Assembly: GCA_037447605.1 (NCBI GenBank)
Contig: CM074813.1
Location: forward strand, 682,001-746,000
Source of the DNA: Zygnema circumcarinatum SAG 698-1b
Lineage: Eukaryota; Plantae; Zygnematophyceae
Direction: 5' to 3'
Length of the DNA stretch: 64,000 bases
Under the pieces are notes generated by a model. That model did not search any database. It was not told the DNA's origin and worked only from the letters and a program-made list of their open reading frames with translations. Shown piece by piece: positions 60,923-64,000 of this stretch. The stretch's first letter is position 1. Each line of letters begins with the position of its first letter. Made by a program: the position numbers and the translations under genes.

Positions 60923-63408
60923 GATTTTGAAAACCCTAATACTGGAAAAATATGCTTCTTTAAAGAGAAGTTTAAGGCGGGTTTAAAAGAAGTTTAAGGG
61001 TTTAAGAACTTCAGAGGAGCAAGAGCCCTGATCGCTGGACTGTTGTTGCGAGTGGTTTTGTGCAGAGAGAAGGGGGCTCTTGGGAAGCAGTGAGGGCGGT
61101 GCTTCTCGTCTCAAATGTGAGGGCCCTCCTGAAAATCACATAATTTGTCATAATTTTTTTTCTTTTTTTTTTTAGTGTAGGCAATTGGTTCCTTGTTAGT
61201 TGGCTTCGCCCAATGCGTTGGACATAACACGAGCTCAGTTTGTAGTTTTTATTCCTTACGTGGCGTGTCGTTGGCTCCAACTCTGCAGAGACTCGCACTA
61301 GGAGCTTTTGCGACTTTTTTTCGGCTCACTGAAAGTACCATATTTACTCAGTTTATTTGCAACAAGGATTACCGAAAGAGCGAACGAATTAAACGAAGAA
61401 CGGGAGGGACTTCGAATAAAACTGTTTGCCTGCACCGCTGCTTGTGTTGGGGGGGGGGGAGGAGGGGGAGAGGGAGGGGGATGGGGGATGGAGTCCAAAG
61501 CTGCAGGGAAGGGTACAGCGGCATTTCAGTATTGCGGAATGTTATGAAACAGGGGGCAGAGCATCATTGCATGTATTTAGGAATTTTTTTTTCCCTGGGT
61601 GTACAAAAAAATATGGTCCCACGATGCGCCTGTTCACGAGCCGGCAGTTAGTCTCATCTTCTTCGTCGAGGCTGTCGGTGTGGGGGTTTGGAGCGCACTC
61701 GGAATGATACGAGAGAGAGGAAGAGAGGGAGAGGGAGAGAGGGAGAGGCAGGCATGGATGATGGCCTGTTCGTCCTCGTCCTCCTCCTCTTGTTGATAGG
61801 GGCCTAGTTCTGATAATTTTTTTGCTGTCCAATGCAATGAGGGCTGCGATAAAAGGGAGAGATGGGGCCCTTCCTCTCGCTCTTCTTCTTTAGAGACCCT
61901 TGCGCAATAAGAACATGATGACATTCTTCCCCCCCCCCTTTTTTTTTTGGCTCTCTTTTTGTGATGCATATCACCGAGTCGAGTCCCACATTCAGCACGA
62001 AATTATGTGACCCAGGAAAATAATGCGAAAAACTTAAAAAACAAAATAATTCTCCCTCATTCTCATCCCTACCCAGTGTCTCTACGCAGCACGTGTACAT
62101 GGAACCGTTAGGTTAGCTTGAAATGTGAAGCTAGCCAATAGCGACCAACCTTCGCAAGTGCTACACGAGCCGCACATGCCGTACGGCCCCGTGATTCGTC
62201 GGTCCTGCCGTCGCCTTCCGGTCCCCCCAAGTCAACGAGATCAAATCGCAGCCGTCCGATATCCTGATCCGACGGCTCTCCGTGAATTCAGGCCCGTACA
62301 GGCATGACGGCCCGCCGACCTACCGCAAGGGCGACCAAGATTGAACATTTGAAACGTCGGTCAAGAAAAAAGTCAAGGTCTGCCCGAAATGTACATTGTG
62401 GTCGCGCTGGCGTCCTCGGATTGGTCCAGAGGAGTCGCAGGGCAGGCCTAAAACCTCGGCGGGCAAGCTGCAACGGCTAGCGGCGCCGCTGCCGGAAGGG
62501 GTCACGCCACGCGGCAACGGCTCCTGCGCGGAGAAGGGGGGGCGGTACGGGTAGGGGGGAGAGGGGGGAGAGGGGGGAGAGGGAGAGGGAGAGGGGAGAG
62601 GGAGAGGGAGAGGGAGAGGGAGAGGGAGGGGGGAGGGAAGGGTGAGGGAGAGGGAGTAGGGCTGGGAAGGGGAGGGAGGGAGAAGAGGAAAGCTGAGAAG
62701 GCGGATTTCCAGTAAGGGAAGGCCAGGTATAGGAGGTGTCTGTGAGTGGGAGAAGGAGAAAGAGTGGGAGAGAGAAGGGGAGAGAGAGGGAGTAGACAAT
62801 CATGGAGACCTCGTGCGACCTTGTGTTGATGGTTCGAAGGGAGGTCTCATTGGCGCATTAGGAAGCGCCGGATATGGTCTGCAGGAAGCTGCGAGAGTGC
62901 AGGGGAGAGAGAGAGAGGGCGAGACGGGAGAGGGAGAAGAGAGGGAGAGGGAGGTGACGCAGAAGGAATACTTTGATTAGATTCGGTGGATACGCGAGAT
63001 GACGTGGCGGAGCTGACGTGGCAGCCGATGAGAGGCGCGAGCATGCCAGCTGGAAGTGGTGTAGTCGATGAGGGCCACGAGGAGCCGGGTTGAGCCCCTC
63101 TGTGAGGTGAGGTGGGAGATGGGAAGGGTGGGAGGGCGAGGGAGGGAGGGAGGGAGGAAGGGAGGGAGGGGAGTAGTGAGTAAGGGAGAGATGGCGAGAG
63201 AGGGGTGACAGGTGAAGGGAGAAGGAGAGATGGGGGAGGGAGACGCGTGAGTGGAGAGAAAAAAAGGAGGCGAGAGAGCTAGGTAGGATTGGGGTGAAGA
63301 CGCTGGCAGGAGAAAAGTGATAGCAGAAGAGAGAGAGGGGAGGTGGGGAGAGTGGAAGAGAGGGAGGGGGTGAGGAAAAAAGGGGTGGGCACGTGGACAG
63401 AGCGAGGT

Positions 63409-63469
<61 letters not shown>

Positions 63470-64000
63470 AGTTGTATTGGTAGAGGAAATATTCCAACGT
63501 TACTTGCACACCCCACCTTCCCCCCTTTCCCCACCTTTTTCGTTGTCTGCGATGAGCTGTGAGGGGAGCGCTTACAATGTGGGCTACTTTCTATCAAGTT
63601 TCTAATGTTAAGTCCTTGTATTCATAAAAAGCCGCCACTTTTATTGTATGACTTTATCACCGATCGCTGTGTTACCACGTGAAAACCGCATTTTTCTTGC
63701 TTCTGCTTGTTTGTCTCTCTCGGTTTCTTGTTGCCTTCCCTTCGTAGCCGAGAGGCAATTCATGCCCTAAGGAATAGGAAAATCGAACTTGAATGACATG
63801 AGAAAACAGAACATTTGTAGTTTCTTACATTATTGCGATCCGGAAACAGAGAACATACTTTTTACTATCATTGTTATTTGTATTATTTTTGCATGCACGT
63901 TTTACTTCAGAGTGATCAGAGCGATCTTCATTTTAACTTCAGATATATGTTGTATGCCTGAATAAAATCTGTTGTCTCTCTCTCCTTTCGTTCTCTTCTC

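Noticed and set aside
61000-62100. Candidate small exons on either strand after the C2HC gene
   Set aside because: Could not be joined into a consistent model; no second zinc finger found.

Overview
Eukaryotic nuclear DNA from a plant-lineage genome, most likely a streptophyte green alga. This is inferred from the plant-type genes, TTTAGGG-type repeats and GA/CT-rich introns; the species cannot be determined. The assembly is a draft with twelve 10-N gaps. Five spliced genes could be rebuilt exon by exon in frame: an MRS2-3-like Mg2+ transporter (+, 983-4557), a plastid GNAT3-like acetyltransferase (-, 5825-8349), a U1-type zinc-finger/RGG protein (-, 9226-13045), a 22-exon STE20/MAP4K kinase (-, 39009-53725) and a C2HC zinc-finger protein (+, 56517-~60922). 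The ~14.5-37.7 kb block is transposon-derived. It holds Ty3/gypsy relics, one with a chromodomain, and a four-level nest confirmed by target-site duplications (GGG-ended MITE > hAT-type MITE > copia-1 > copia-2). It also holds a mirror-image MITE dimer and one intronless orphan gene for a multi-pass membrane protein (35050-36177). The most notable observations are: that orphan gene; a 108/112-bp inverted repeat that would loop out the last two kinase exons; two copia families whose gag starts inside the LTR and reads through the PBS; telomere-like arrays right after the stop codons of a convergent gene pair; and a 3.3-kb (GAGGGA)n intron whose repeat unit also encodes Arg-Glu tracts in the same kinase. 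The 1.8-kb duplication of kinase exons 7-10 is probably an assembly artefact. No CRISPR array, rRNA or tRNA gene was seen.
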